Shown here: positions 49,893 through 61,861 of the stretch, piece after piece
How positions within the stretch are numbered: the first letter of the stretch is position 1
Layout of the letters: every line of letters begins with the position of its first letter
Assembly: GCA_037445065.1 (NCBI GenBank)
Contig: JBBILD010000005.1
Location: forward strand, 128,001-192,000
Reading direction: 5' to 3'
DNA length: 64,000 nucleotides
From: Myxococcales bacterium
GTDB taxonomy: Bacteria > Desulfobacterota > Binatia > HRBIN30
The notes under the pieces: model-generated
Databases searched by the model: none
What the model was told of the DNA's origin: nothing
Seen by the model: the letters and a program-made list of their open reading frames with translations, nothing else
Program-made: the position numbers and the translations under genes

Positions 49893-51224
49893 ATGAAATG
49901 GTTCGCTCGAACCATCGGGAGAGAAGTGAAGACGCGGTTCGCGGGCGCCCTGGGTTTGCTGCTGTGCTCTGCGGCTGCGGCAGCAGCGCAGGAATCGCCC
50001 GCCGTGGACAGCGGGGATACCGCGTGGGTGCTGACGGCCTCCGCCCTGGTGTTGATGATGACGTTGCCTGGCCTCGCTCTGTTCTATGGAGGGTTGGTAC
50101 GGGCAAAGAACGTCCTGAATGTCCTCATGCAGTGTTACATCTCGGCTGGCATCGTCGGCGTCCTGTGGGTGCTCATCGGTTACAGCCTCGCTTTTAGTGG
50201 GGGCGGCGCTCTGATTGGCGATCTGGCAAAAGTCGGCCTTGCCGGGGTAACAGCCGACTCGGTCGTCGCTAACTTCGCCACACCGCCGCGCAACATCCCC
50301 GAGTATGCCTACGCCATGTTCCAGGCCATGTTCGCGATTATCACCCCTGCGCTGATTCTGGGCGCGATTGCCGAGCGAATGAAGTTCAGCGCCTGGGTGG
50401 TGTTTCTCACCCTCTGGTTTCTGTTCGTGTATTGCCCCATTGCGCACATGGTGTGGAGTTCCGAAGGCTGGATCTTCAAGTCTGGCGCCATTGACTTCGC
50501 TGGCGGCTTGGTGGTGCACATGTCGAGCGGCTTCTCAGCACTCACCGCTGCTCTGCTCTTGGGCGCCCGCCGGGGCTACGGGCGCGAGCCGATGCCGCCG
50601 CACAACCTGCCTCTCTGCCTCACCGGAGCAGGGCTGCTGTGGACCGGTTGGTTCGGCTTCAACGCCGGCAGTGCCCTCAGCGCTAGCGGCCTTGCCGCAC
50701 TGGCGTTCGTCAATACGAATACCGCCACGGCCACGGCTGTTCTTGCCTGGGTGCTGCTCGAATGGCTGCACCGGGGAAAACCCACAGCCCTCGGGGCCGG
50801 CACCGCCGCGGTGGCGGGCCTGGTGGCGATTACGCCAGCGTGCGGCAACGTGAGTCCCCTAGGTGCGATCGGGGTTGGTCTCGGCGTAACCTTCATTTCG
50901 TACTTCGCGCTCACCTGGCTCAAGCCCACCCTCGGCTATGACGACTCGCTGGATGTCTTTGGCGTGCACGCCTTGGGAGGAGCCTGGGGTGCGTTCGCAT
51001 CGGGACTGTTCGCCACCACTCTCGGGAGCGGCATTGAAAGCAACTTTCAGCAAGTCCTGGTGCAGCTCCGGGGTATCGTGTTCGTCGCCGTGTTTGCTCC
51101 CATTGCGTCCGCCATTTTGCTGTTCGTAACGCGCCTGATCACGGGCACTCTCCGGGTCACGGACGAGGAGGAGGTAGAAGGGCTCGATTTCTCCGAACAC
51201 GGGGAGACCGCATACACTGCATAA
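49893..51224 (+). CDS. amtB: Ammonium transporter
   Basis: GDTAW, PGLALFYGG, DFAGG.VVH, GWFGFNAGS, AGLVAITP, DDSLDVFGVH. Confidence 0.97.
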   Translation: MKWFARTIGREVKTRFAGALGLLLCSAAAAAAQESPAVDSGDTAWVLTASALVLMMTLPGLALFYGGLVRAKNVLNVLMQCYISAGIVGVLWVLIGYSLAFSGGGALIGDLAKVGLAGVTADSVVANFATPPRNIPEYAYAMFQAMFAIITPALILGAIAERMKFSAWVVFLTLWFLFVYCPIAHMVWSSEGWIFKSGAIDFAGGLVVHMSSGFSALTAALLLGARRGYGREPMPPHNLPLCLTGAGLLWTGWFGFNAGSALSASGLAALAFVNTNTATATAVLAWVLLEWLHRGKPTALGAGTAAVAGLVAITPACGNVSPLGAIGVGLGVTFISYFALTWLKPTLGYDDSLDVFGVHALGGAWGAFASGLFATTLGSGIESNFQQVLVQLRGIVFVAVFAPIASAILLFVTRLITGTLRVTDEEEVEGLDFSEHGETAYTA

Positions 51225-51296
51225 TGCGCGCGGCTTTACAGGCATGGCACGCTGGCGTAAGAGGGAGCGCAATTTCGAGCAGTACCGCTGCTGTGA

Positions 51297-51650
<354 letters not shown>

Positions 51651-51755
51651 AGTGGTCGTTCCAGATGTGCTCGCGCCACAGGAGCTGAACTTCGGGTCGG
51701 AGCGGAGTTTCTCCCACCCTGAAAATACGGTCAGTGAAAAGGAGGAGGAAGCAGG

Positions 51756-53168
51756 ATGACACCCAAAGAGGTGATCAAGTTCGCCAAAGAGCACAAAGTG
51801 ACGATGGTGGACTTGAAGTTCAACGATTTTCTCGGGATCTGGCAGCACTTCACGATCCCGGTCAGCGAACTCGACGAGAAGCTTTTTGAAGAAGGGTCGG
51901 GATTCGACGGGTCCTCGATCCGCGGCTGGCAGCCGATCCACGCCAGCGACATGCTCGTCGTGCCGGACCCTACCACCGCGGTCATTGATCCGTTCTTCGC
52001 AGAGCCGACCCTTTCGTTGATCGGCAACATCGTCGACCCGATCACGAAGGAAGACTACACGCGCGACCCTAGGAACATCGCGCGCAAGGCGGAGGCGTAC
52101 CTGAAGAGCACCGGGATCGGCGACGTTGCCTATTTCGGGCCAGAACCGGAGTTCTTCATTTTGGATGACATCCGCTACGGCCAGGATCAGCATTCCGGTT
52201 TTTACTTCCTCGACTCGATCGAGGGCCAGTGGAACACCGGGCGCGATGAAAAGCCGAACCTCGGCTACAAGCCGCGGTACAAAGAGGGGTACTTCCCCGT
52301 ACCGCCGACGGACAGCCAGCAAGACATCCGCTCGGAGATGGTGCGGGTAATGGAAGAGGTGGGCTTGCGGGTGGAAAAGCACCATCACGAAGTGGCTACC
52401 GCCGGGCAAGCGGAGATTGACCTGCGCTTCTTGCCGCTGGTCAAAATGGCCGACGCGCTCAACTGGTACAAATACATTGTGAAAAACGTGGCTCGCCGAC
52501 ACGGCAAGACAGCTACCTTCATGCCGAAACCGATTTTCGGCGATAACGGCAGCGGCATGCACACACACCAGAGTATCTGGAAAGGCGAGACGCCGCTGTT
52601 CGCGGGCGACCGTTACGGGGGCTTGTCCGACCTTGCGATGCACTACATCGGGGGCATCTTGAAGCATGCTCCGGCGCTTGCCGCCTTCACCAACCCGACC
52701 ACCAACAGCTACCGGCGCCTGGTCCCGGGCTTCGAAGCCCCGGTCAATCTCGCGTACTCGAGCCGCAACCGCTCTGCCGCTGTGCGTATCCCGATGTACA
52801 GCCCCAGCCCGAAAGCCAAGCGGATCGAAGTCCGCTTCCCCGACCCGACTGCGAACGGCTACCTCGCCTTTGCGGCAATGTTGATGGCCGGGTTGGACGG
52901 GATCCAAAAGCGCCTCTCACCGGGCGAGCCGCTGGACAAGGATATCTATTCCCTCACCCCGGAGGAACTCAAAGACGTTCCGGGCATGCCGGCTAGCCTC
53001 GACGAGGCACTCCAAGCGCTGCGCAACGACCACGACTTTTTGCTGCAGGGCGACGTGTTCACCGAAGACGTGATCGAGACTTGGATCGAGTACAAAATGA
53101 ACAACGAGGTCAGCGCCATGCGCTTGCGCCCCCATCCGTGGGAATTCGCCTTGTACTTCGATTCCTGA
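51756..53168 (+). CDS. glnA: Glutamine synthetase type I
   Basis: [44 protein letters not shown] adenylylation site. Confidence 0.98.
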   Translation: MTPKEVIKFAKEHKVTMVDLKFNDFLGIWQHFTIPVSELDEKLFEEGSGFDGSSIRGWQPIHASDMLVVPDPTTAVIDPFFAEPTLSLIGNIVDPITKEDYTRDPRNIARKAEAYLKSTGIGDVAYFGPEPEFFILDDIRYGQDQHSGFYFLDSIEGQWNTGRDEKPNLGYKPRYKEGYFPVPPTDSQQDIRSEMVRVMEEVGLRVEKHHHEVATAGQAEIDLRFLPLVKMADALNWYKYIVKNVARRHGKTATFMPKPIFGDNGSGMHTHQSIWKGETPLFAGDRYGGLSDLAMHYIGGILKHAPALAAFTNPTTNSYRRLVPGFEAPVNLAYSSRNRSAAVRIPMYSPSPKAKRIEVRFPDPTANGYLAFAAMLMAGLDGIQKRLSPGEPLDKDIYSLTPEELKDVPGMPASLDEALQALRNDHDFLLQGDVFTEDVIETWIEYKMNNEVSAMRLRPHPWEFALYFDS

Positions 53169-53195
53169 GCCAGGCTCGTAGACCTTAACCAAAAC

Positions 53196-53237
53196 AAAAA
53201 AAGGCTGGGAAGCGGTTACACGCTTCCCAGCCTTTTT
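53196..53237. terminator. Bidirectional rho-independent terminator between glnA and the ALDH gene
   Basis: AAAAAAA-GGCTGGGAAGCG-GTTACA-CGCTTCCCAGCC-TTTTT. Confidence 0.92.
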
Positions 53238-53254
53238 CGTTTTGCGCACCGGTT

Positions 53255-54691
53255 CTAACGAGCAAAGCGCAGCAAGAAATCAATCACCCGCCGGTGGAAG
53301 GGGCGATACGGCGGATAGAGCCAGTGTAACAGCGACAGCCGTGGAGCCGTGAAGATTGGACGCAGTTTGCTGAACTCCAAAAAGCCCTCGTACGCGTGGT
53401 ACTGCCCCATACCGCTCGCGCCGATCCCACCGAAGGGGAGGTCGTGCTGGGCGACGTGCAGTAACACGTGGTTCACCGTAACCCCACCGGACAGGGTGCG
53501 ATACAGGATTTTCTCTTCCCGCTCTCGGTCGTGCGTGAAGATGTAGAGCCCGAGTGGGCGGTCATGGTGGTTGATGTACTCGATGACCTCATCCAAGTCG
53601 CGATAGGTCTTCACCGGGAAGAGCGGGCCGAAAATCTCCTCTTGCATCACGATCATGTCGTCGCGCGGATCGAGAATCAACGTGGGGGGAATCTTGCGCA
53701 ACTGGTCGTTGCATTGCGCCCCGGGAACAAGCGGCACCAGGCGCGCACCTTTGCGTTCGGCGTCTTCCATCGTCTGGCGCAGCCGCCGGTAGGAGCGCTC
53801 GTCAATGATCGAGGTGAACGACTCGTCTTCGATGCGCGGGTATCGCTCGATCACGATTTTCTGTGCTGCGGTGACAAACGGTTCTACCCTACCCTCAGGC
53901 AGGAAAAGGTAGTCCGGCGCCAGGCAGGTTTGCCCTGCGTTGACGAACTTCCCGTAAAGGATTCGGGAAGCCGCTTCTTCTATGTCAAAGTCGTCGCACA
54001 CGATGGTAGGCGACTTGCCCCCTAACTCGAGGGTCACCGGCGTGAGGTTCTCGGCCGCCGTCCGCATGACATTGCGGCCAGCATCGGCCGAGCCTGTGAA
54101 GATCAAGTGGTCGAAGGGAAGCGTGGTAAACTCTTGCGGGCGCACCCCGGGCAAAATGGCAACCCACTCTTCTGGAAATGCGGCGCGAAACCGCTCCGCC
54201 AAAAGCCGGCAGACCGTCTGCGAATTGCTCGCCATCTTGATCATCGCCCGGTTGCCCGCCGCCAATACGCTGGTCAACGGGCTCACGGTCAGAAACACCG
54301 GGTAGTTCCACGGGGAAATGATCCCCACCACCCCTTCGGGTTGCGGCAGCACTCGGTTGGCCCCAGTGAAAAACATGGGCGACACTTTCCGCCGCTGAGG
54401 CTGCATCCATTTCTTCAGCATCTTGCGCGTGTAGCGAATGCCGTCCACGCAGCCGAAAATCTCGAGCATTTTTGTTTCTTCCGCGCAGCGGTGGCCAAAG
54501 TCCTGCTTGACGGCAGCCACGATGTCCTCCGCGCTGTCCAGCAAAACCCGCTCGAGCTTGCGCAAGTGATCGAGCCGTTCTTCGAGCGAAGGGTATGGAT
54601 GCTTCAAGTAGGCTTCTCGCTGGCGCAAGAAGATGCGCTGCGCCTCGGTTTCCACTGTCTCGATTCTGCGGAGCTGCGCTGTTTGGGCCAT
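53255..54691 (-). CDS. Aldehyde dehydrogenase, coniferyl-aldehyde dehydrogenase (CalB)-like
   Basis: ISPWNYP, FTGS, TLELGGKSP, NAGQTCLAPDY, EEIFGP, LPFGGIGASGMG.YH. Confidence 0.92.
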   Translation of the reverse strand: MAQTAQLRRIETVETEAQRIFLRQREAYLKHPYPSLEERLDHLRKLERVLLDSAEDIVAAVKQDFGHRCAEETKMLEIFGCVDGIRYTRKMLKKWMQPQRRKVSPMFFTGANRVLPQPEGVVGIISPWNYPVFLTVSPLTSVLAAGNRAMIKMASNSQTVCRLLAERFRAAFPEEWVAILPGVRPQEFTTLPFDHLIFTGSADAGRNVMRTAAENLTPVTLELGGKSPTIVCDDFDIEEAASRILYGKFVNAGQTCLAPDYLFLPEGRVEPFVTAAQKIVIERYPRIEDESFTSIIDERSYRRLRQTMEDAERKGARLVPLVPGAQCNDQLRKIPPTLILDPRDDMIVMQEEIFGPLFPVKTYRDLDEVIEYINHHDRPLGLYIFTHDREREEKILYRTLSGGVTVNHVLLHVAQHDLPFGGIGASGMGQYHAYEGFLEFSKLRPIFTAPRLSLLHWLYPPYRPFHRRVIDFLLRFAR

Positions 54692-55003
54692 GGATTCCTC
54701 CTTGCCTCGCGTCGGCGCACACGCGCCACTGTGTCGCCCGGAACTCTTGCACGCTCCTGCGCGTCACTCAACCCGGGCTCCGCCCCGGGGCACGAACAAG
54801 CACTGAGGGCAAGCTCCCTCCGCAGATGAGGCCGAACTACGGACAACACCCACTTCACCAACCCTTGCCCACCGTGCTCCAGGCGCCCCCCTTCGCCCAA
54901 GGCGCGCACTCTGCACCCAGCAAACTCGTCCCTCGCCCCCAACAGGACCGGAACTGTCCGGTCGCCGCGCGTGGCGAGCCACGCCGCCTGTTCGCTCCCG
55001 GTA

Positions 55004-58000
55004 CTACCAGAGCAGCCAGGGGGCCGAATGCACGCTGGCGAGTTTGCGTAGCTCCACCGTGCCACCTGTACTGACCAAGCCACCCTCCACGCTAGCGCTA
55101 TCCAGCAACAAGATCGAATCCCGCGCAAGGATTGTACCTTCCATCCGCGCCCTACGGCCAAGCCGCGCCTCTCCCGAGACCCACCATAAGACCCTTTCCG
55201 CCGGCAATCCGCTGGGGCCCGGAGCGAAACCCGAAAGCACGAGACCTGCTCCGCGGCCCAGACGCAAACTGCCATACACCCGCAGCACGACGGCTTGCCT
55301 CCTAGGCGTCGCTCGTCAGGTCAGACGCGCCCCAGGACCGAGTTCGAGCGAATCTGCATCTACAACCACCAATCCCTCGTGATCGGGAAGCTGGACCCAC
55401 GTGTTGTGACAAAGGTGAACGTTTCCCAGGGCCAACGCGCCCGGCAGACTCCCGAGTCGCTGCGCGCGCTCCACGGCCTTTCTTTGGGCCTCGGCGCACC
55501 ACAGCAGCCGCTCGTTCACCCCTGAGTCGTCGCCTCCGTCGTTGCACCGTCCGGGTTGGCTCCCGAGGAGCAAGACCGACGCACCGTCGGTCACACACGA
55601 TCCTTGTACCCACGCATTTTGCTTCAATGTGATCGAGCCCATGGCTACCAGATTGGCGAGGAGCCGCGCGCTCCGTTCGAGCGTTGCGCCCCCCGGAGCA
55701 CACTGGCCCGCCGACCAATGCACTGCGCCCGAGCTTAGTGCCGTGGAGCTGCCCACCGCCCTGCTGGAGAACTGCGTAGCCGCTCGGGCATTCTTCCGGC
55801 GCGACCGGCTCGTGCACACAGTTGCCGGCGCCATCACATTGATCCAGCGTGCACGTGAGGTCGTCTTCGCAGGCTGTGCCGGGGGCAGCCGGGTCGCTCT
55901 CCCGGCAGCCTCCCGCGCCGTCGCACTTCTCTACTGTACACGGATTCGCGTCGCCCTCGCATGCATGACCGCTCGCCTCGGGTTCGCAGCGCGCGTTACA
56001 ACAATCTCCGTCCTGGGTATTTCCGTCGTCGCAGCGCTCGCCACTCTCCAGCACCCCGTTTCCACAGCCAGGCAGGGCCGGCGTGCGCGGAGTCGCCGTT
56101 CCGGTGGCCGATGGAGTCGCCGTCCTGGTAGCGGTCTTCGTCACCGTCGCAGAGGCGGTGTGTGAAGGCGTAACGGTGGGGGTGGCCGAGGCAGGCACCG
56201 GAGGGCTGGCTGTTTGCGACCGAGTCGCGGATGGTGTGGGTGTGGGTGGGTGCATTACCGTCACAGACGCGGAAACGGTCGGACTCGCGGAGGGCGAAAA
56301 CGTCCAGGTGGCGGTCGGCAGCGGTGGCGTTGTGGCAGTGGGCGTCGGGCTGGAGCTCGCGGTCTCCGTGTGGGTGGCGGAAGGCAACCCCGTGCTTGCG
56401 GGAAGCGGAGTCTCGGTCCCGGTGGGAAGCGCCGTTTCCGTGGGAAGGGGCGTTTCCCAGGGTGGCACAGGGGTGTGAGTCAGGCTTGGGTTCGGGCTAG
56501 GAGTCGCGGTCGGGCTCGGGGTGCGGCTCAGGGCTCCGGTTGGCGTCCGCGTGCGGGACGGGGTCGGCGTTGAAGTTCGCGTTGCCGTGGCAGTGGGAAC
56601 GAACTCTCGGAAGAGGTAGGCCGCTCCGGGAGTGGAAGCGAGGCGCCGCGGAGCGCCCACCGAGACAGACAAAGTCTCAGGAATTGAGACCCAGCCACTG
56701 ACGTGGACCGCATACCCGAAATCAGACAAAGAGGCAGGGTCGCTCGGAACGAGCTTTTGTTGCTCAGTGATTGGGAACGAAGAAACGGACACCAGCCGAA
56801 AGACGTACGCAGCCGGGTCGTTGAATGGCTGACCTACAACGGCCAGAAGGCGGTCCTCGCTGAGCGCTACGGCACGACCAAACCCACGCCCGTTTGCGCC
56901 GTCGGAAGCATACAGGCTCCGGCTCCGCGCCAAGTCCTGCCACCCGGTGGCGGGATTGCGCACAAACAGATACGCGGCGCCAGAATCCACCGTGTTACCA
57001 GGCCCGGAAGGAGAGCCCACCAGCGCTGTGTCCATACGAACTGCCACCGCGGCTCCGAAGTTGTCGTTTGCGGCTCCGTCGCTCGGGGTTAGTTTGGCCG
57101 TGTGGCTCGCGTCCCCCCAACCACCGCTCGGCTTAACGAACACGTACGCGGCTCCAGTTGCCAGTCCTGCCGCCCCAGGTGCAAACGGGGCTCCCGCAAC
57201 CACCGTGCACTCGTCCAACAAGAGTGTCACGTCGACCGCCGTGCCGAGCTGGTAGCCACCGCCGCTGCCGTCGCCCGGGGTGAGTTTGGCGGTCTGCGTG
57301 ACCGTACCAGCCCAGCTTGCTCGTTCGAATACGTATACAGCGCCTCGGTCAGTTGCGGCACCGGCGTCGTCCAGCGGCGCCCCTACCACAACCACGTCGT
57401 TGGAACCGTTCTGTACAGCCACCGCCACGGCAGTCCCAAAGGTGTCGTTGGCAAGGCCGTCCGAGGCGAGCAGCTTCGCGTTTTGGTTCAACACCCCGCT
57501 CCAACCGCCAGCGGGGCGAACAAAGACATAGGCCGCACCGCGGCCACCGTCGTGGCGAGGGACTCCGATCACGATTCGATCTCCCGCCATGGCGACGGAG
57601 GCGCCAAAACGGTCGCCAGCGACTCCATCCGAGGCTCGCAACACGGCCACCTGAGTGAGGTTCGACCACACACCGCCAGGGGCCACGAACACGTACGCCT
57701 GGCCCTGATCCGCGTTGCTTGCCAGGTCTTTATTCGGCGCGCCCACAACCAGAGTGTCGGAGGAGATCGCGACTGTGAAGCCGAAAAAGTCTCCCGCACT
57801 CCCGTCCGAGGCCGTCACCTTGACGCTCTGGATCAGCGGGTCGACGACGATCAGGTAGTCCGCGTCCCGGTCATCCACCCAAATCTGCAACTCCCCTTCC
57901 GCAAGGTGCCACTGCACAGGCAGGCTACGCCCAGCTCGGTCCCAGGCCGCAAACTTGCCGTAACGCACGACGGGTTCGCCCCGCGCGTTGGCAAAGGTCA

Positions 58001-58556
58001 ATTCTCCTGCCGTTGCCTGCGCTTGCAGGTTTACCGCTTCGATGCGGATGCCCAGGATCAGGGGCTGCGAGCGCAATGCGAGGGAGTCCACGCCAAACGG
58101 TTCGCAGATCGTAAACCCGTGCTCCAGTCCAAGCGGTCCATTCTCGTACCACTCTACAACCCGCGCACTTTCGTACGAGGCTTCGAGCCGATTCCGCGCG
58201 AAGCGAAGGGCAGTGGCGGGGCCGGCCTCCACCCAGTGGCCTGCTCGCCCTCAGCGCGCCAGCTTGAGGCTCAGGGTCTCTCCCGTGCTCAGTTGCACGA
58301 CCGCGCCCTGCGCTCGGAAGCGCACGGCAAAGCTTTGGTGCCGATTGCTGGCCCACGCTCGGTTGGCGCGGCCGCGCACGTGGTACTGGTCGTCTGCGTG
58401 GCCTAGGCTGGCCGAGATGCGGCCGAGTGCCGGAATCGGTACGCGCTCCCAAGCGGCATGGGCCGGTTGGCCCCCAACTAGGATCGCAACCAGAGTGCAT
58501 GTAACCACCGCGGTGGTCGCACCCGCAGCCACTGCGTTTTTTGAGTCAAGCTGCAT
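55004..58556 (-). pseudogene. Disrupted giant secreted protein: 7 FG-GAP repeats, Pro/Thr stalk, Cys-rich repeats, C-terminal beta-solenoid
   Basis: ATG 58556 with signal peptide; in-frame TGA 58253-58251; +1 shift in the C6 run 55689-55694; in-frame TGA 55318-55316; reading continues to TAG 55004. Confidence 0.75.
56080..56600 (-). repeat. Pro/Thr/Ser low-complexity coding repeat (TPTATP-type)
   Basis: PTATATRTSTPTPSRTRTPT...TATPSATGTATP. Confidence 0.7.
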
Positions 58557-58889
58557 GTTTCCCCTCCCTTCCCGCTGCAACGGAGGACGGTCGAATCGGG
58601 AACCAGCCGCGCGCCCGGCCCGCCCATCGCCGCATCGCTCCGCCGGAACGAGCCACGGCGCCGATGGCGGAGCGAGCACACGCGGCAGTGCGAGGGCCGC
58701 CATCGCCCCGCCAATCTTGCGCACGCAGGTTACGCATCATCGAACCCCGCACTCCGCTTCTCCTGTTGCTTCCGCATTTGTTGCGGCATACGTAGAGGCG
58801 AATGGGAGGAGTGATCCCGAAATTTTCCCGAAATTTTGTGCCGGGCGGGTTCATTGGTTCATCCAGCGCGACATGGAAGAGACAGGTTT

Positions 58890-61710
58890 GTGATCAGCAG
58901 CCCTTACGAGATCCGTTTCGGGCCGTTCGTCATTGATCGGCTGCGGCAGCAGCTCTTGCACGGATGCGATCCGGTTCGACTGCGGCCCCAAAACGTGGGC
59001 CGTTCTCGTGCATTTGGCCAGCCGCCCGGGAGAATTGGTAACCACCGAAGAACTCCTCGACGCTGTCTGGCGAGACACGACGGTGACCGCGGAGCTCCCC
59101 GGCGTTTCCATTCGCGAACTGCGGCGCGCCCTGGGGGATGATCGGAAAAAACCGCGCTACATCGAGACCGTTCCCTGCCGCGGTTACCGTTTCATCGCTC
59201 CGTTACGGAGCGACCCGGTTCCTCCTGCGGCTGATTCCACACCCAGCGCTCGTCCCGCCGCGGTGCTCGTCCGCACTCCCTTTGTCGGGCGCGAGCATGA
59301 GCTCACGGAGCTCAATGCCGCCTTTGCCGCCGTTCGGAGCGGGAGCAGAAAGGTCGTATTCGTGGCAGGCGAAGCGAGCATCGGCAAAAGCAGCTTGCTC
59401 GAGACTTTTCTGTTGCGGCTGCGCGAGCGGCCATCTCGGCCGTTCCTGCTCGGTCGTGGCCAGTGCATTGCCCAGCAAAGCGAGGCGTATCTCGGCTTGC
59501 TCGATGCGGTGGCAGGGCTTTGCTGAGAGGACCCTTCCGGCACCGCCCTGCGCCGTCTCGAGCGGTTTGCCCCTCTTTGGCTTCCGGCCCTCCCCGAGTT
59601 CGGCGACCAGCCACGCACCCGCCCCGGCGCAACCGTGGCCGCCACACCCGAGCGGTTGGTGCGCTCCTTGAGTCAGGCCCTGGAGGCAATCTCATCCGAG
59701 ATTCCAGTGGTCCTGGTTCTCGAAGGCCTCCATTGGGCGGACCAAGAAACCGTGCGGTTCCTGTAGGTGCTCGCAGAGCGCGTCGCGCCTGCCCGCCTCC
59801 TGACTCTTTGCACCTACCGGCCTTTGGAACTCGCCCTCCACTTGCACCCTCTGCGCGAGGTGAAGGGCTCCCTGCTCGCCCGGCAGCGGTGTCAAGAACT
59901 GCTGCTCGAAGGTCTGCCCGAGCCCGATGTGCGCGGGTTCGTGCTCCAGCGCTGGGGCAATCTCGATGAGGCCGAGATGCTCGCCGCGTGGCTCTCTCAG
60001 CGGACCGAGGGCTCGCCTCTCTTCCTGAACGCTCTTGCCGAGCAGCTCGAGCGGGCGCAGTTCCTGCGCCGCAAAGGGGAGGGCTGGCTGCTCCAACCCG
60101 GTTACTGTGATGTGGATGTCCCGACTAGCGTGCGTGCCCTGATTGGGCAGACGTTCCGTGAGCTTCCACCGCTCGCGCAGGACCTGCTCGAAGCGGCGAG
60201 TGTCGCCGGGACGCGCTTTCCCGCAGCCAGCGTGGCCGAGGCGGCGGGGCGCGACGTGGAGCGAACAGACCGCGACTTGCTGGCCCTTGCCGACCAGGGG
60301 TTGTTCTTGCGCCGTTGTGGGGAGACTTGCTGGCCGGACGGAACCGCCTCGTCTCTGTACGAATTTCAGCATTCGCTGTACGGGGAGGTCATTTACCAGC
60401 GCCTCCCCGGAGCCGTCGCCACGCGGTTGCACGAGCGCGTCGGGCTGCGTTTGGAACAAGCGTTCGCGAGGCACACTGCGGACGTCTGCCATGACTTGGC
60501 GCGGCATTTCGCACGCACGCCAGATCATCGGCGGGCGTATTTCTACCACTGGCAAGCGGCACAACTTACGCTGGAGTGTCAGGCGCTACCGGAGGCGTAC
60601 CGCCATTTGCGCGCTGCCAGGCAACACCTCGAGCACCTTCCGCCCGCTCGTGTTGCAGCCACCGACGCGTTGGCCATCGGCTCCGCTCTCGGAGCCGTAT
60701 CGGTTGCCCTTCTGGGGTACGCGTCACCCGCGGTTTGCGACGCATACGCGTGGGCCCTGCGGTGGAGAAGAGGTAAACGCGATCCGGCTCGGTTGATCGC
60801 GTGGATCGGCCTGTGCACCGCGCACATGACCCGCGGCGAGCTGCGGCAGGCGCGAACTGCGGCTCGCGCGATCGAACGCCTGCGCCAGGCTGGGCGCTTC
60901 CAGATGCCGCTTCACGCCGCCGCCATGAACCCCTTTGCCCAATTGTGCTTCTACACCGGCAACCATGGCCAGGCTCGGAAGAGCTTCGCCCAGGAGCTCG
61001 CGCTCTTCCGGCGCAAGGAGGCACGCAACCAGAAGTCACGCTCCGGTGGGCTGCTCTGGATTGACCCGTTCGTGGCCTGTATCAATCTCTTCCAACTGTC
61101 ACTGGCGCTAGGCGGGGAGGCCGAACATGCCCGCAGTTTGTCGGAAGAGTCCGTGGCGTATGCCCGCCGGCTCGGCCACCCTTTTACGCTGGCTTCAGCG
61201 CTCGTGCATGCCGCCTTTTTGCACTTCCTGTTGGAGGAGTGGGGAGCAGAGCAACAGTTCGCACAGGAAGAGCGAGAGCTGGGTCGCGAGTCTGGCTTTC
61301 CCTTCTGGACCGCGAGTGCCGGAAACATCCTCGGGCACGCCACCGCCATGGCCGGAGAAGCGCAGCGCGGACTGCAACAAATCGAGTCCAACATGGGATC
61401 GTGGGAACGTTCCGGCACGCAGCTCGGCCGACCGCTCTGCCTCGCCATGTGGGCAGATGCGCACCTCCGCTCCGCCCAACCAGAGAAAGCTCTTTCCCTG
61501 GTGGAAACCGCGCTAAAACAGGCCGCGAATAGCGGCGAGCGCGTTCAGGAGCCTTACTTGTGCATGGTGGCGGGAAACGCCGCGCGCCAGTGCGGCGAGC
61601 AGCGAGCCGCCGCAGCCTGGCTGGCGCGCGCAGCGCGGATCGCAACCCGGCAAGGAGCGCCTTTGTGGGCGCTACGCGCGCACCGCTTAGCAGCGCAGCT
61701 CGCGGCTTAG
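58890..61710 (+). pseudogene. Disrupted winged-helix/AAA-ATPase/TPR transcriptional regulator
   Basis: FGPF..D...RLRP|KTWAVL...VTTEELLDAVW...IETVP.RGYRF wHTH with a frameshift at CCCCAAAA 58986-58993; FVGRE, GEASIGKS, LHWAD; in-frame TGA 59524 and TAG 59764. Confidence 0.82.
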
Positions 61711-61861
61711 AGCTGAAGCTGGCGTCCAGGCCCGATGCTCTCTTGGGCCTAGCGGAAAGAAGAGCAAGAACCGGCGTCGTCTCGCTAAAGCCATCGGAGC
61801 CCAGCGGGAGGAGCCTTCTACTGGCACGCCGAGGCGGAACCAATTAGGGAGGAGCGGCTTC

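Noticed and set aside
51651..51755. glnA (glutamine) riboswitch
   Set aside because: CGTT is present but there is no matching closing strand or GGAAG/GAAG core.
55316..59766. UGA recoding (Sec or Trp readthrough) to explain three in-frame TGA codons
   Set aside because: The same genes also contain a TAG and two frameshifts, many intact genes here end at TGA, and no SECIS-like context was recognised. Decay is the simpler explanation.
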